From the NCBI GenBank assembly GCA_031408715.1, contig JANNWR010000153.1:3674-67673 (forward strand): 64,000 nt of DNA, read 5' to 3'. This DNA is from a bacterium (GTDB taxonomy: Bacteria > Eisenbacteria > RBG-16-71-46). This document shows positions 36,128 to 45,988 of the stretch, piece after piece. The notes beneath the pieces are model-generated. The model saw nothing but the letters and a program-made list of their open reading frames with translations, was not told where the DNA came from and searched no databases. Position 1 is the first letter of the stretch, and the number at the start of each line of letters is the position of its first letter. Both the position numbers and the translations under genes were made by a program.

Positions 36128-38281
36128 TTGGCCCACAAGGAGATGCGCAAGAGTCGGGTGCTGCTGGCTGCGGCCGGCCTTTTTCTGGGACTCACGTGCC
36201 TGTGGGTGCGTGTGGGCGTGTTGCAAACGGCGCTGCATGGCCACTTCGCGGATCGTGCGCGGGAGAACCAGCAGCATCATGAGAAGATCCTGCCGCGCCG
36301 TGGCGTCATCACGGACCGGCGCGGCAAGGTCATGGCCCATGACCTGGGTGTGAGTCAGGTGGCGATCTACCCGCCACAGCTCACCGATGCGATGGCCGCC
36401 GCCCGCGTGCTCGCGCCCGTGCTCAAGGAGCCCGTCGCCAAAGTCGCCAGGAGGTTGCGGGCGCTCAAGAGCTACACCTGGATCGCGCGCGATTTGCCGC
36501 CCGAAGTGGGGCAGACCATTCGTGAAGCCAAGGTCGGGGGCGTGGTCGTCGAGGACGAGACCCGGCGCTTCTACCGCCTGGGCGATGCCGCCTCCGAGAT
36601 CCTCGGACGCACGAATCTCGACAATGTCGGCGTCGACGGTCTCGAGTACCAGTTCGAGAACCTGCTCGGCGGCCGCACCGGCTGGGTGACGCTGGTTCCC
36701 ACCGGATCCTCGAGCATGAGCCTCCGTCTGCCCGGCGCCGAGGGCCGTCCGGCCCGGGATGGGTCGTCACTCGAGCTCACCATCGATGCCGACCTGCAGG
36801 CCATCGTCGAGCACCATCTGGCGCGCGCCGTCGACTCGCTGAACGCCAAGCGCGGCTTCGCGGTGTTCCTCGATCCATGGTCGGGCGAGGTGCTCGCGGC
36901 TGCATGCGCACCGCATCTCCAGGCGGGGCAGTCGAAGAACTGGACGTTCACCGACCAGTATGAGCCTGGATCGACGTTCAAGGTCGTGGTCGCTGGGGCG
37001 ATGCTCGAGGAACACATGGCACGCCCCGAGCAGATGTACGAGGCGGCCTCGAGCGGTCAGGCGGAGCTCGTCCCAGGCTGCATCATCCACGACACACACG
37101 CGCACGAGGCACTGTCGTTCCGCCAGGCCATGCAGTACTCGAGCAACATCGTCATGGGCCGGCTGGCGCTGCAACTGGGCTCCGAGCGCCTGTATCGCTA
37201 TTCCACCGCGCTGGGCTTCGGCAGTATGACGGGTGTCGAGTTCCCGGGCGAGACCGCGGGCCGGCTCCGTCCGGTGCGCGCGTGGCAGCCGCGCTCGACG
37301 CCGACCATCGCCATCGGCCACGAGGTGACGGTGACGCCGCTCCAGCTGGCGCTTGCTTACGCCGCGATCGCCAACGGCGGCGTGCTCATGCAGCCCATGC
37401 TCGTGCGCGCCATCCGCGATGCCGACGGGCGGGAGATCCGCCGCGGAAGCGCTCAGCCATCGCACCGTGTGTTCAGTGCGGGCACGACCGCAACGCTCAT
37501 GGACATGCTGTGCGCCGTCGTCGACAGCGGCACCGCCACGAGCGCACGGCTGGGCAGCATCCGCATCGCCGGCAAGACCGGCACCGCGCAGAAGTACGAT
37601 GCGGCGGTCGGAACCTACGGACGCGGCATGTATGTGGCCTCGTTCGCTGGGATCGCGCCCGCCGATCATCCCCGCCTGGTCGGCGTCGTCGTCATCGACG
37701 AGCCGCGCGGTTCTCAGTACTACGGCGGCCAGGTCGCAGCACCCGTGTTCCGTGAGGTCATGCTCGACTTGCAGCGCATGTCGTGGCCGGGCTTCGACAA
37801 CAGCAACACCTCGGTCGCGATGCGGCCGCCGAATGTCCCGGCCGTGACCGCGCCGGACCTGAGACTGCTGCCGCCGCGGGCAGCCGAGCGCCGGCTGGCG
37901 GAGTATGGTCTGCATGTGCGTTTCGAAGGTCAGGGCGCGCGCGTGCTGTCGCAGGTGCCACCCGCCGGACAGCCGGTCGAGCGCGGTTCCGCGGTGCTCG
38001 CGTACCTGTCGGCGCCGCAGGACTCGCTCGGGCGCACGCTGCCCGACCTCGTCGGCCTGACGATGCGCGAGGCGGTGCGGCGATTGTCACAGCGGGAAGT
38101 GCCCATGCGCATTCGTGGCAACGGCTTCGTGACGCGTCAGGAGCCGCCCGCAGGGACGCGATTGCCGCTGACGGGGCCGTGCCGTCTGTGGTGCTCGACT
38201 GGAAACGACGCCGCCTCGTCCCTGAGCTCGCCCTTGCCGGCGAGCGCTCAGCCGATGGCCGTGCGGATGCGACGGCCGTGA
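36128..38281 (+). CDS. ftsI: peptidoglycan D,D-transpeptidase FtsI (class B PBP) with two C-terminal PASTA domains
   Basis: It has an N-terminal TM helix and a PBP dimerisation region. The transpeptidase motifs are STFK (PGSTFKVV), SSN (YSSNIV) and KTG (AGKTGTA). Two PASTA-like repeats lie at 37844-38190. The start is TTG 36128 or ATG 36143. Confidence 0.9.
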   Translation: MAHKEMRKSRVLLAAAGLFLGLTCLWVRVGVLQTALHGHFADRARENQQHHEKILPRRGVITDRRGKVMAHDLGVSQVAIYPPQLTDAMAAARVLAPVLKEPVAKVARRLRALKSYTWIARDLPPEVGQTIREAKVGGVVVEDETRRFYRLGDAASEILGRTNLDNVGVDGLEYQFENLLGGRTGWVTLVPTGSSSMSLRLPGAEGRPARDGSSLELTIDADLQAIVEHHLARAVDSLNAKRGFAVFLDPWSGEVLAAACAPHLQAGQSKNWTFTDQYEPGSTFKVVVAGAMLEEHMARPEQMYEAASSGQAELVPGCIIHDTHAHEALSFRQAMQYSSNIVMGRLALQLGSERLYRYSTALGFGSMTGVEFPGETAGRLRPVRAWQPRSTPTIAIGHEVTVTPLQLALAYAAIANGGVLMQPMLVRAIRDADGREIRRGSAQPSHRVFSAGTTATLMDMLCAVVDSGTATSARLGSIRIAGKTGTAQKYDAAVGTYGRGMYVASFAGIAPADHPRLVGVVVIDEPRGSQYYGGQVAAPVFREVMLDLQRMSWPGFDNSNTSVAMRPPNVPAVTAPDLRLLPPRAAERRLAEYGLHVRFEGQGARVLSQVPPAGQPVERGSAVLAYLSAPQDSLGRTLPDLVGLTMREAVRRLSQREVPMRIRGNGFVTRQEPPAGTRLPLTGPCRLWCSTGNDAASSLSSPLPASAQPMAVRMRRP

Positions 38282-39798
38282 TGCTGCGCGAGCTGCTGAC
38301 CGGTGTGGACGTCCTGACGCTTCAGGGTGCCACCGAGTGCGAGGTCCGCTCGCTGACGCTCGACAGCCGTCGTGTCACCCCCGGCAGTGCGTTCTTCGCG
38401 TTGCCCGGCGTGCGGGCCGACGGGGCGCGCTTCGCGACCGATGCCGTGCGGGCAGGAGCGGTGGCGGTGTTCGGGCCGGCCGGGCTCCAAGTCACGGGTG
38501 CGACGCGCATCGAGGTCGCCGAACCCCGTCTGGCGATGGCTCAGGCCGCGTGCCGCTTTCACGCGCATCCGTCGCGCGCACTCCACATCGTCGCCGTGAC
38601 CGGTACGAACGGCAAGACCACCACGACCTATCTGCTCGAGGCGATCCTCGAGGCTGCGGGCCGGCGCGCGGGGGTGATCGGCACCACCGGCATCCGCGTG
38701 GCGGGCGAGATGCGGCCGTCGGCGTTCACCACACCCGAGGCCCCGGAGCTCCAGGCGCTCCTCGCCGACATGCGCACCGCGAAGGTCGACTGCGTGACGC
38801 TCGAAGCGAGCAGCCATGCGCTGGTGCAGCGCCGCACCTGGGGGCTGGCGTGCGATGCGTGCGTGTTCACCAATCTCACGCAGGACCATCTCGACTATCA
38901 CGGCACGATGGCAGCCTACCTCGATGCCAAACTCATGCTGTTCGATGGCCGGAACGCCGACAGGCGCAGCGGGGCGGGCAAGCCGTGCACCGCGATCGTC
39001 AACGCCGACGACGCTCACGCCGCAGCGGTGACCATCGCTGCCGAGCGCGGTGGCATGCGGCTGCGCCTCTTCGGTTCGCCGGAGAAGGTCGGGGACCGCG
39101 ATGGTGTGGCGTTACTGGCGCTGAGCGCGCACGCGACCGGATTGTCGCTGCGGCTGCGTGAGCGGGAGCTCGGTGTGACGACGGAATACGCTTGTGAGCT
39201 GCCCATGCTCGGTCGCTACAACGCGTGGAACGCCGCCGCGGCGTGGCTTGCGGCGCGCGCGCTCGGCCTGGATGGTGCGGCTGCGACCCGCGGGCTCGAG
39301 CATTCCCGTGGAGTGCCCGGGCGGCTCGAGCGCGTCGACGCGGGGCAGGGCTTCGTGTTGGTCGTGGACTACGCGCACACGCCCGATGCGCTGGAACGCG
39401 CGCTCGCGGCGTGTCGCGAACACGCCAGCGGCCGGGTGCTCGCGGTGTTCGGCTGCGGGGGCGATCGTGATCGCGGCAAGCGCCCGCTCATGGGTGCGGT
39501 CGCGGCGAGGCTTGCAGACCGGGCATGGGTCACGAACGACAATCCGCGCACCGAGGATCCGGTGGCGATCGCCGCGGCCATCGTCGCCGGTGCTCCGGGT
39601 GCTGCGCTCGAGGTCGAACTCGAGCGCCGGACGGCCATCGCTGCTGCGATCCGCGAGGCCCGTGCCGGGGACATCGTGCTGGTCGCGGGCAAGGGGCACG
39701 AGACCACCCAGACGGTCGGCAGCCAGGTGCTGCCGTTCGACGACCGCGTGGTCGCACGCGAGTTGCTTGCGGCCCGCGCCGGTGCGGGGGCCGCATGA
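38281..39798 (+). CDS. murE: UDP-N-acetylmuramoyl-L-alanyl-D-glutamate--2,6-diaminopimelate ligase
   Basis: The P-loop is VAVTGTNGKTTT. The sequence also has DYAHTPDALE and CGGDRDRGKRP...NDNPRTEDP, which includes the DNPR motif typical of meso-DAP-adding MurE. ATG 38281 or GTG 38278 overlaps the ftsI stop. Confidence 0.9.
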   Translation: MLRELLTGVDVLTLQGATECEVRSLTLDSRRVTPGSAFFALPGVRADGARFATDAVRAGAVAVFGPAGLQVTGATRIEVAEPRLAMAQAACRFHAHPSRALHIVAVTGTNGKTTTTYLLEAILEAAGRRAGVIGTTGIRVAGEMRPSAFTTPEAPELQALLADMRTAKVDCVTLEASSHALVQRRTWGLACDACVFTNLTQDHLDYHGTMAAYLDAKLMLFDGRNADRRSGAGKPCTAIVNADDAHAAAVTIAAERGGMRLRLFGSPEKVGDRDGVALLALSAHATGLSLRLRERELGVTTEYACELPMLGRYNAWNAAAAWLAARALGLDGAAATRGLEHSRGVPGRLERVDAGQGFVLVVDYAHTPDALERALAACREHASGRVLAVFGCGGDRDRGKRPLMGAVAARLADRAWVTNDNPRTEDPVAIAAAIVAGAPGAALEVELERRTAIAAAIREARAGDIVLVAGKGHETTQTVGSQVLPFDDRVVARELLAARAGAGAA

Positions 39799-41198
39799 GC
39801 ACGACTCCGCTCGTCACGCTGGTGCAGCTCGCCCAGTGGGCAGGGGGCGATCTGGTGGTACGCGAAGTGCCGTCCGATCCGCTCGCGCGCGAACAGTTGC
39901 TCAAGTCCGGGATCACCGGTGCGACGCTCGACACTCGCGCGGTGCAAGCGGGCATGTTGTTCGTGCCACTCCCCGGGAGCCACACGGACGGCCACGCCTT
40001 CCTCGATGAGGCGTTCGATCGCGGAGCAGGTGCGGCGCTGTGTTCGCGCACCGTCTATCCGCAGATCCAGCACCTGCCGCTCGGGCCGCTGGTGCTGGTC
40101 GAGGACGTCACGGCGGGATTGCAGCGGCTCGCCAGCAAGTTGCGCGAGTTGTGGGGTGGCTGGCTTCTCGGGGTCACCGGCAGCGCTGGGAAGACCACGA
40201 CCAAGGAACTGGTGAGCGCCGTGCTCGCCACCGCGGGGCCGGTGCTGCGCACCCAGGGCAATCTCAACAACCATTGGGGTGTGCCGCTGACGCTGATGGG
40301 CCTGCTGCCCGAACACCAGCGCGCCGTGATCGAGATGGGGATGAATCACGCCGGTGAGATCGCGGCCCTGGCAGCGATCGCGGCGCCCGATGCCTGCATC
40401 ATCACCAACGCCGGTTCGGCGCATCTCGAGAACCTGGGTTCGCTCGAGGCGATCGCCCGCGAGAAGGCCTCGCTGGCGTGGGCGCTCAAGAAAGGTTCGC
40501 CGGCCTTCGTTTGTGCGGATTCGCCGCGTCTGGTGACGGCGGTGCGTGGCTGTGCCGCCGAGGTCGTCACCTACGGACTCGACGCCGCAGCCAGCGTGCG
40601 TGCGGTCGCGGTCGAGGACCTGGGTGATGAGGGCGCGCGCTTCACGGTGGCGGGGTTCCGTCCGGTCCACTTGCAGCTCATCGGCCTGCATCAGGTGGTG
40701 AACGCGGTCGGCGCACTCGCAGTGGCCCGGCAGCTCCGGCTCGACCCCGAGGCGGCGGTGACGGCACTCGAGGCCCATCGGCCACTCAAGGGCCGCATGG
40801 AGATCCAGCACGTGGGGGGGGCGACGTTGCTCGTGGACTACTACAACGCCAATCCCGATTCGATGCGCGCCGCGCTTGCCACACTGGCGGGCTGGCCGCG
40901 CGCGACTCGCCGCATCGCCGTGCTCGGCGACATGCGCGAGCTCGGGGACACCGCTGCAGCCCTGCACCGTGCGGTGGGAGAGGCCGTGCGCAACGCCGAG
41001 CTGTGGGTGGTGGGTCAGCACGCGGACGACTATGCGGCTGGAGCGACGGCTGGTATCGAGGTGCAGAAGTTCCCCGACAAGCCCGCGCTCGCGGCCGCAC
41101 TCAGCGGCCAGTTGCAGCCGGGCACCATCGTGTTGCTGAAGGCGTCGCGTGGTGCGGCGCTCGAGGACGTCCTGGCGGCTCTGACCGTCCAGCATTGA
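39795..41198 (+). CDS. murF: UDP-N-acetylmuramoyl-tripeptide--D-alanyl-D-alanine ligase
   Basis: ATG 39795 overlaps the murE stop. Motifs are VTGSAGKTTTKE, NLNNHWGVPLTL and EMGMNHAGEI. Confidence 0.9.
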   Translation: MSTTPLVTLVQLAQWAGGDLVVREVPSDPLAREQLLKSGITGATLDTRAVQAGMLFVPLPGSHTDGHAFLDEAFDRGAGAALCSRTVYPQIQHLPLGPLVLVEDVTAGLQRLASKLRELWGGWLLGVTGSAGKTTTKELVSAVLATAGPVLRTQGNLNNHWGVPLTLMGLLPEHQRAVIEMGMNHAGEIAALAAIAAPDACIITNAGSAHLENLGSLEAIAREKASLAWALKKGSPAFVCADSPRLVTAVRGCAAEVVTYGLDAAASVRAVAVEDLGDEGARFTVAGFRPVHLQLIGLHQVVNAVGALAVARQLRLDPEAAVTALEAHRPLKGRMEIQHVGGATLLVDYYNANPDSMRAALATLAGWPRATRRIAVLGDMRELGDTAAALHRAVGEAVRNAELWVVGQHADDYAAGATAGIEVQKFPDKPALAAALSGQLQPGTIVLLKASRGAALEDVLAALTVQH

Positions 41199-41220
41199 GA
41201 TTCCGGCGAGGAGGCAATCC

Positions 41221-42312
41221 GTGTTCTACGAGTGGCTCTACCCGCTGCATACGGTGCACGGGCTGTCGTTCCTGAACCTGTTCAAGTACATCACCGTGCG
41301 TTCGGCACTCGCGGCACTCCTGGCGCTGCTCATGAGCCTGGTGCTCGGCCCGCCGATGATCGAGTGGTTGCGCCGCGTCAAGCTGGGCCAGAAAGTCCGG
41401 GAGGAAGGCCCGCAGACGCACTACGTGAAGGCGGGGACCCCCACGATGGGGGGGCTGCTCATCCTGGCCGCCATCGCCGTGCCGGTGCTGCTGTGCGGGA
41501 ACTTCCACAACAAGCAGGTCTGGCTCGCGCTGTTCACCACGCTCTGGCTCGGGGGCTTAGGTTTCCTCGATGACTGGTTGCGCGTCGTGAAGAAGCTGCC
41601 CAAGGGGCTGCTCGGCCGTTACAAGCTGGTCGGTCAGTTCATGATCGGCGCCATCGTCGGGATCTGCGTATTGGTGTGGCCCGAGCCGGGTGCGGCTCCC
41701 ACGCTCACGCACGTGCCATTCATGAAGAGCTACTACTTCGATCTCGGCTGGCTGTTCGTGCCGTTCGTCATCTTCGTCATCACGGGCGCATCCAATGCCG
41801 TGAACCTGACCGATGGACTCGATGGCCTGGCTTCCGGCCTGGTCGCCATCGCGGCCATCGCGTTCGCCGGGATGTGCTACCTGACCGGCCATCTCAAGTT
41901 CAGCCAGTACCTGAACACCGGCTATCTGCCGTTCGCGGGTGAGTTGACGGTGTTCTGTGCCGCGGTGCTGGGGGCTGCGCTCGGCTTCCTCTGGTACAAC
42001 TGTCATCCCGCCGACGTGTTCATGGGTGACACCGGCTCGCTCGCACTCGGCGGGGCACTGGGCGTGGTCGCGGTGCTCATCAAGCGCGAGTTCTGGCTCG
42101 TGCTGGTCGGGGGCGTGTTCGTCGCCGAGGCCTTGTCGGTCATGCTGCAGGTCACGTCGTTCAAGCTCACCGGGAAACGCATCTTGCGCATGTCACCGCT
42201 GCATCACCACTTCGAGCTCATCGGCTGGCCCGAGTCCCGGGTCGTGCTGCGCTTCTACCTGGCGGGCGCGCTCATGGCGCTGCTGTCACTCTCGACCTTC
42301 AAGCTCCAGTGA
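41221..42312 (+). CDS. mraY: phospho-N-acetylmuramoyl-pentapeptide transferase
   Basis: GTG start with GAGGAGG 7 nt upstream. Motifs are KAGTPTMGGLLIL, LGFLDDW, NAVNLTDGLDGLA and MGDTGSLALGG. Confidence 0.95.
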   Translation: MFYEWLYPLHTVHGLSFLNLFKYITVRSALAALLALLMSLVLGPPMIEWLRRVKLGQKVREEGPQTHYVKAGTPTMGGLLILAAIAVPVLLCGNFHNKQVWLALFTTLWLGGLGFLDDWLRVVKKLPKGLLGRYKLVGQFMIGAIVGICVLVWPEPGAAPTLTHVPFMKSYYFDLGWLFVPFVIFVITGASNAVNLTDGLDGLASGLVAIAAIAFAGMCYLTGHLKFSQYLNTGYLPFAGELTVFCAAVLGAALGFLWYNCHPADVFMGDTGSLALGGALGVVAVLIKREFWLVLVGGVFVAEALSVMLQVTSFKLTGKRILRMSPLHHHFELIGWPESRVVLRFYLAGALMALLSLSTFKLQ

Positions 42313-43691
42313 GTCTCGACCACCGCCATCCGCTGCCCGGGGAGCGCGCGCTCGTTGCGGGTGCCGCGCGCAGCGGGATCGCCGCAGCAAGGCTGCTGCG
42401 CCGGCACGGCCTGGCGGTGACGTTGTGCGACCGCCGTCGCGCGGATGCCGCGCCCCCGGCCGCGCTCGCACTCGAGTCCGAGGGCGTCGTGTGCGTGTGG
42501 GGCCGCGACGACGCCGGATTGCTGGCCGGACACGACTTCCTGGTGTGGAGCCCGGGTATCGCCATCGATCATCCGCTGGCGACGGCCGCGCGCGCGGCCG
42601 GTCTCCCCATCCTGGGGGAACTCGAACTCGGCTACCGCGCCTCGCGCGCCCCGCTCGTCTGCATCACCGGCACGAACGGCAAGAGCACGACCACCGACCT
42701 GGTCGGTACGCTGCTTCGCCGCGCCGGTCGCGAGGTCGCGGTGTGCGGCAACATCGGACGGGCCATCTGCGAAGTCGCCGAGGAGGTCAGCCCGACGGGA
42801 CTGCTCGTCGTCGAAGTCTCGAGCTTCCAGCTGGAGACCGTCGACAAGTTGCGGCCGTCGATCGCGACCTGGCTGAACCTGACCAGCGATCATCTGGACC
42901 GTCATGGCGACATGACGACCTACGCGGCCATGAAGCAGCGGCTGTTCGCGCGCCAGACCGAAGAGGACTGGTCGGTGCTGAACGCAGATGATCCCGCGCT
43001 TCGGGGCCTGCGGACCGGTGCGGGGCAGCCGGCGGAGTTCTCGGTCGCGCACCGGGTCGACGAGGGCGCGTTCTTCGAGGACGGCCACCTCGTCGTGGCG
43101 CGTCGCGGCGGGCTCGAGCGCCTCATGTCGCGTTCGGAGGTCCGGCTTCCGGGGCCGCACAACCTTGCCAATGTCCTCGCCGCACTCGCCACCGTGCTGC
43201 CGCTCGAGCCATCCCCGGAGGTCCTGCGTGTCGTCCTGCGGGACTACGCCGGACTCGAGCACCGCCTCGAGCCCGCGGGCGAACGCGCAGGCGTGCAGTT
43301 CGTCAACGACTCCAAGGCCACGAACATGGATTCCATGCGGGTCGCGCTGCAGAGCTTCCCCGCACCGGTCGTGCTGATCGCCGGTGGGCGTGACAAGGGA
43401 CAGGATTTCCGGCCCTTGGCGCCGCTGGTCAAGTCCGCGGTGCGGCATCTGGTGCTGATCGGTGAGGGGGCTGCGACCATGGCGGAATCGTGGTCCGAGG
43501 TGCCCAGCGAGCGGGCGGGGACCCTGTCCGAGGCGGTCCAGCGGGCGTTCGCAGCGGCACTTCCGCACCGCGCGGTCGTATTGCTCTCGCCCGGATGCGC
43601 ATCTTTCGATATGTTCCGTGACTACGAGGACCGTGGGCGCCGCTTCAAGGATGAAGTGAGCCGACTCACGGCAGGAGGAACGACCGGGTGA
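42309..43691 (+). CDS. murD: UDP-N-acetylmuramoylalanine--D-glutamate ligase
   Basis: GTG 42309 overlaps the mraY stop. Motifs are ITGTNGKSTTT, GPHNLANVLAA and NDSKATN. Confidence 0.9.
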   Translation: MSLDHRHPLPGERALVAGAARSGIAAARLLRRHGLAVTLCDRRRADAAPPAALALESEGVVCVWGRDDAGLLAGHDFLVWSPGIAIDHPLATAARAAGLPILGELELGYRASRAPLVCITGTNGKSTTTDLVGTLLRRAGREVAVCGNIGRAICEVAEEVSPTGLLVVEVSSFQLETVDKLRPSIATWLNLTSDHLDRHGDMTTYAAMKQRLFARQTEEDWSVLNADDPALRGLRTGAGQPAEFSVAHRVDEGAFFEDGHLVVARRGGLERLMSRSEVRLPGPHNLANVLAALATVLPLEPSPEVLRVVLRDYAGLEHRLEPAGERAGVQFVNDSKATNMDSMRVALQSFPAPVVLIAGGRDKGQDFRPLAPLVKSAVRHLVLIGEGAATMAESWSEVPSERAGTLSEAVQRAFAAALPHRAVVLLSPGCASFDMFRDYEDRGRRFKDEVSRLTAGGTTG

Positions 43692-44824
43692 GACGTGGCG
43701 ATCGCCTGCTGGTGGGACTGGCCCTGCTGCTCACCGCCGTGGGTCTGGTGATGGTGTATTCCGCAGGGTCGTTCCATGCGTTCGTGCGCTATGGCGACTC
43801 GAACTACTTCCTGCGCCAGCAGCTCATGCGCACCGTCATCGGGGTGCTGGCGCTGTTCGTGTGCTCGCGCATCAGTCTGCGCTGGCTGGAGCGCGCCGCG
43901 CCGTGGCTGCTCGGGCTCGCGTGCGGCATGCTGGGCCTGGTCGTGCTCATCGGCCACATGTCGAATGGCGCGACGCGCTGGTTGCGCGTCGGTTTCATGT
44001 CGCTGCAGCCCACCGATCTCGGCCGGCTCGCGGCGGTCATCTTCCTGGCCTGGTGGCTCAAGCGCCGGCCCGTCGCCGACCTCGGCTTCTGGCGGGGCAT
44101 GGTGCCGCCGATGCTGATGCTCGTGCTGGTCGCCGGACTCATCCTCAAGCAGCCGAATCTCAGTTCGGCCGGTCTGCTGTTGGCGACCGGCTTCGTGATG
44201 TTGTTCCTGTCCGGCGCGCCGCTCAAGTATCTGGGCGCGCCGATCGTGGCGGGAGTGGCCATCGTGACGTTGGCGCTCGCGACGCATCCGTACATGATGA
44301 CGCGTGTGAACACGTTCGTCGGATTTGTGTTCGGCGGACAGTTGGATCATCGCGGTGCCGGGTGGCAGCTCGACCAGTCGCTCATCGCGATCGGTTCGGG
44401 CGGTGTCCTGGGCCGCGGTCTCGGCGGGGGCATGCAGAAGCTGCTCTACCTGCCCGAGGCCCACACCGACTTCATCTTCTCGATCCTCGCCGAGGAACTG
44501 GGGCTCATCGGAGTCACGCTCCTGTTCGCGGCGATCGGTTTATTCCTGTGGCGGGGCCTGCGGGCCGCCGCGCGTTGTTCGGAACCGTTCGCCAGCCTGT
44601 TGGCCGGCGGGCTCACCGTGCAGATCGGCCTGTATGCGCTCGCGAATCTCGCGGTCGCGACCGGCCTTGCCCCGACGACCGGCCTGCCGTTGCCGTTCGT
44701 TTCGTACGGCGGCTCCGCGCTCATGGTGAACCTCGCCGCTGCCGGGCTGCTCTATCGCGTCAGCGCGATGAACGGGGACGAGGACGCGCTCGTGCGGCAG
44801 CGCTGGTCCCGGGAGGTGGCATGA
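43688..44824 (+). CDS. ftsW: peptidoglycan glycosyltransferase FtsW (SEDS family)
   Basis: GTG 43688 overlaps the murD stop. It is polytopic. Motifs are LQPTDLGRLAAVIFLAWW, LPEAHTDFIFSILAEELG and PFVSYGGSAL. Confidence 0.9.
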   Translation: MRRGDRLLVGLALLLTAVGLVMVYSAGSFHAFVRYGDSNYFLRQQLMRTVIGVLALFVCSRISLRWLERAAPWLLGLACGMLGLVVLIGHMSNGATRWLRVGFMSLQPTDLGRLAAVIFLAWWLKRRPVADLGFWRGMVPPMLMLVLVAGLILKQPNLSSAGLLLATGFVMLFLSGAPLKYLGAPIVAGVAIVTLALATHPYMMTRVNTFVGFVFGGQLDHRGAGWQLDQSLIAIGSGGVLGRGLGGGMQKLLYLPEAHTDFIFSILAEELGLIGVTLLFAAIGLFLWRGLRAAARCSEPFASLLAGGLTVQIGLYALANLAVATGLAPTTGLPLPFVSYGGSALMVNLAAAGLLYRVSAMNGDEDALVRQRWSREVA

Positions 44825-45984
44825 AGATCCTCATTGCGGGCGGCGGCACGGGCGGTCATGTGTTCCCCGGAATCGCCGTGGCCGAGGAGCTGAAGGCGAG
44901 CTTTCCCGAAGTCGAAGTGGTGTTCATCGGCGGCAAGCAGGGGATCGAGGCCACGGCCGTTCCCGAGGCGGGCTTTCGCCTGCGCACGCTCGCGACCGCC
45001 GGGTTCCCGCGCCGTCGCTGGTGGCGCTGGCCGTGGGCGGCGCTCGTCAACGTGTTCGGCTTCCTGCAGGCCGTCTTCGTCATCCTCAGCGAACGGCCGA
45101 AGGCGGTGCTCGGCACCGGTGGCTACGTGAGCGGCCCCGTGTCGGTGGCGGCCAAGCTGTTCGGAGTGCCCTTGCTGCTGCAGGAACAGAACAGCATCCC
45201 GGGGCTCACGAACCGCTGGCTGTCGCGCCTCGCCGACGAAGTGCACCTGTCGTTCCTCGAGGCGCGCAGCCACTTCCCGCGCCGCGATCATCTCAAGGTC
45301 ACCGGGAACCCGGTGCGCAGTTTCATCCTGTCGGGAGAACGGGATCCGGCGATGCGGGAGTTCAAACTCGACCCCAACCGCCCGACGCTGTTCGTCTTCG
45401 GCGGCAGCCTTGGCGCCAAGCGCATCAACGCCGCGGCGGTCGATGCGTTGCGCCGGTTGAAGGACCGGGTCGACGTGCAGTGCATCCTGCAGACCGGCAA
45501 GGACGACTTCGAGTCGGTCCGTGCCACGGTCGCTCAGGAGAAGCTCCCGGCCACGGTGCTGCCGTTCGTGAAGAAGATGCATCTGGCCTATGCCGCTGCC
45601 GACCTCGTCGTCTGCCGTGCCGGTGCGATGACGCTGGCCGAGATCGCGGTCTGTGGCCGGCCGAGCATCCTGGTGCCCTATCCGTTCGCCGCGCACGACC
45701 ATCAGCGCGTCAATGCCCAGAACCTCGCCGACCGCGGAGCCGCGGTGGTCATCGAAGACGGCGAGCTGACGGGCGAGCGCCTGGCCAAGGAACTGGCGCA
45801 CCTGCTCGCCGACAAGACGGCGCTGTCGCGCATGTCCGCGAACGCGCGATTGTTCGCCCGCCCGGACGCCGCCTCGCGCCTGGCGCGCTCGCTGGTCATG
45901 TGGGCCGAGGGCAAGGCCGGCGGCGTGGAGCCCGAGCATGAGTACGAGGACGGCGACTTCAACGATGTGAAAGAGGGACGGTAG
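44821..45984 (+). CDS. murG: UDP-N-acetylglucosamine--N-acetylmuramyl-(pentapeptide) pyrophosphoryl-undecaprenol GlcNAc transferase
   Basis: ATG 44821 overlaps the ftsW stop. Motifs are KILIAGGGTGGHVFPGIAVAEEL and CRAGAMTLAEIAVCGRPSILVPYP...DHQRVNA. It has a ~30-aa acidic C-terminal tail. Confidence 0.9.
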   Translation: MKILIAGGGTGGHVFPGIAVAEELKASFPEVEVVFIGGKQGIEATAVPEAGFRLRTLATAGFPRRRWWRWPWAALVNVFGFLQAVFVILSERPKAVLGTGGYVSGPVSVAAKLFGVPLLLQEQNSIPGLTNRWLSRLADEVHLSFLEARSHFPRRDHLKVTGNPVRSFILSGERDPAMREFKLDPNRPTLFVFGGSLGAKRINAAAVDALRRLKDRVDVQCILQTGKDDFESVRATVAQEKLPATVLPFVKKMHLAYAAADLVVCRAGAMTLAEIAVCGRPSILVPYPFAAHDHQRVNAQNLADRGAAVVIEDGELTGERLAKELAHLLADKTALSRMSANARLFARPDAASRLARSLVMWAEGKAGGVEPEHEYEDGDFNDVKEGR

Positions 45985-45988
45985 CCAC

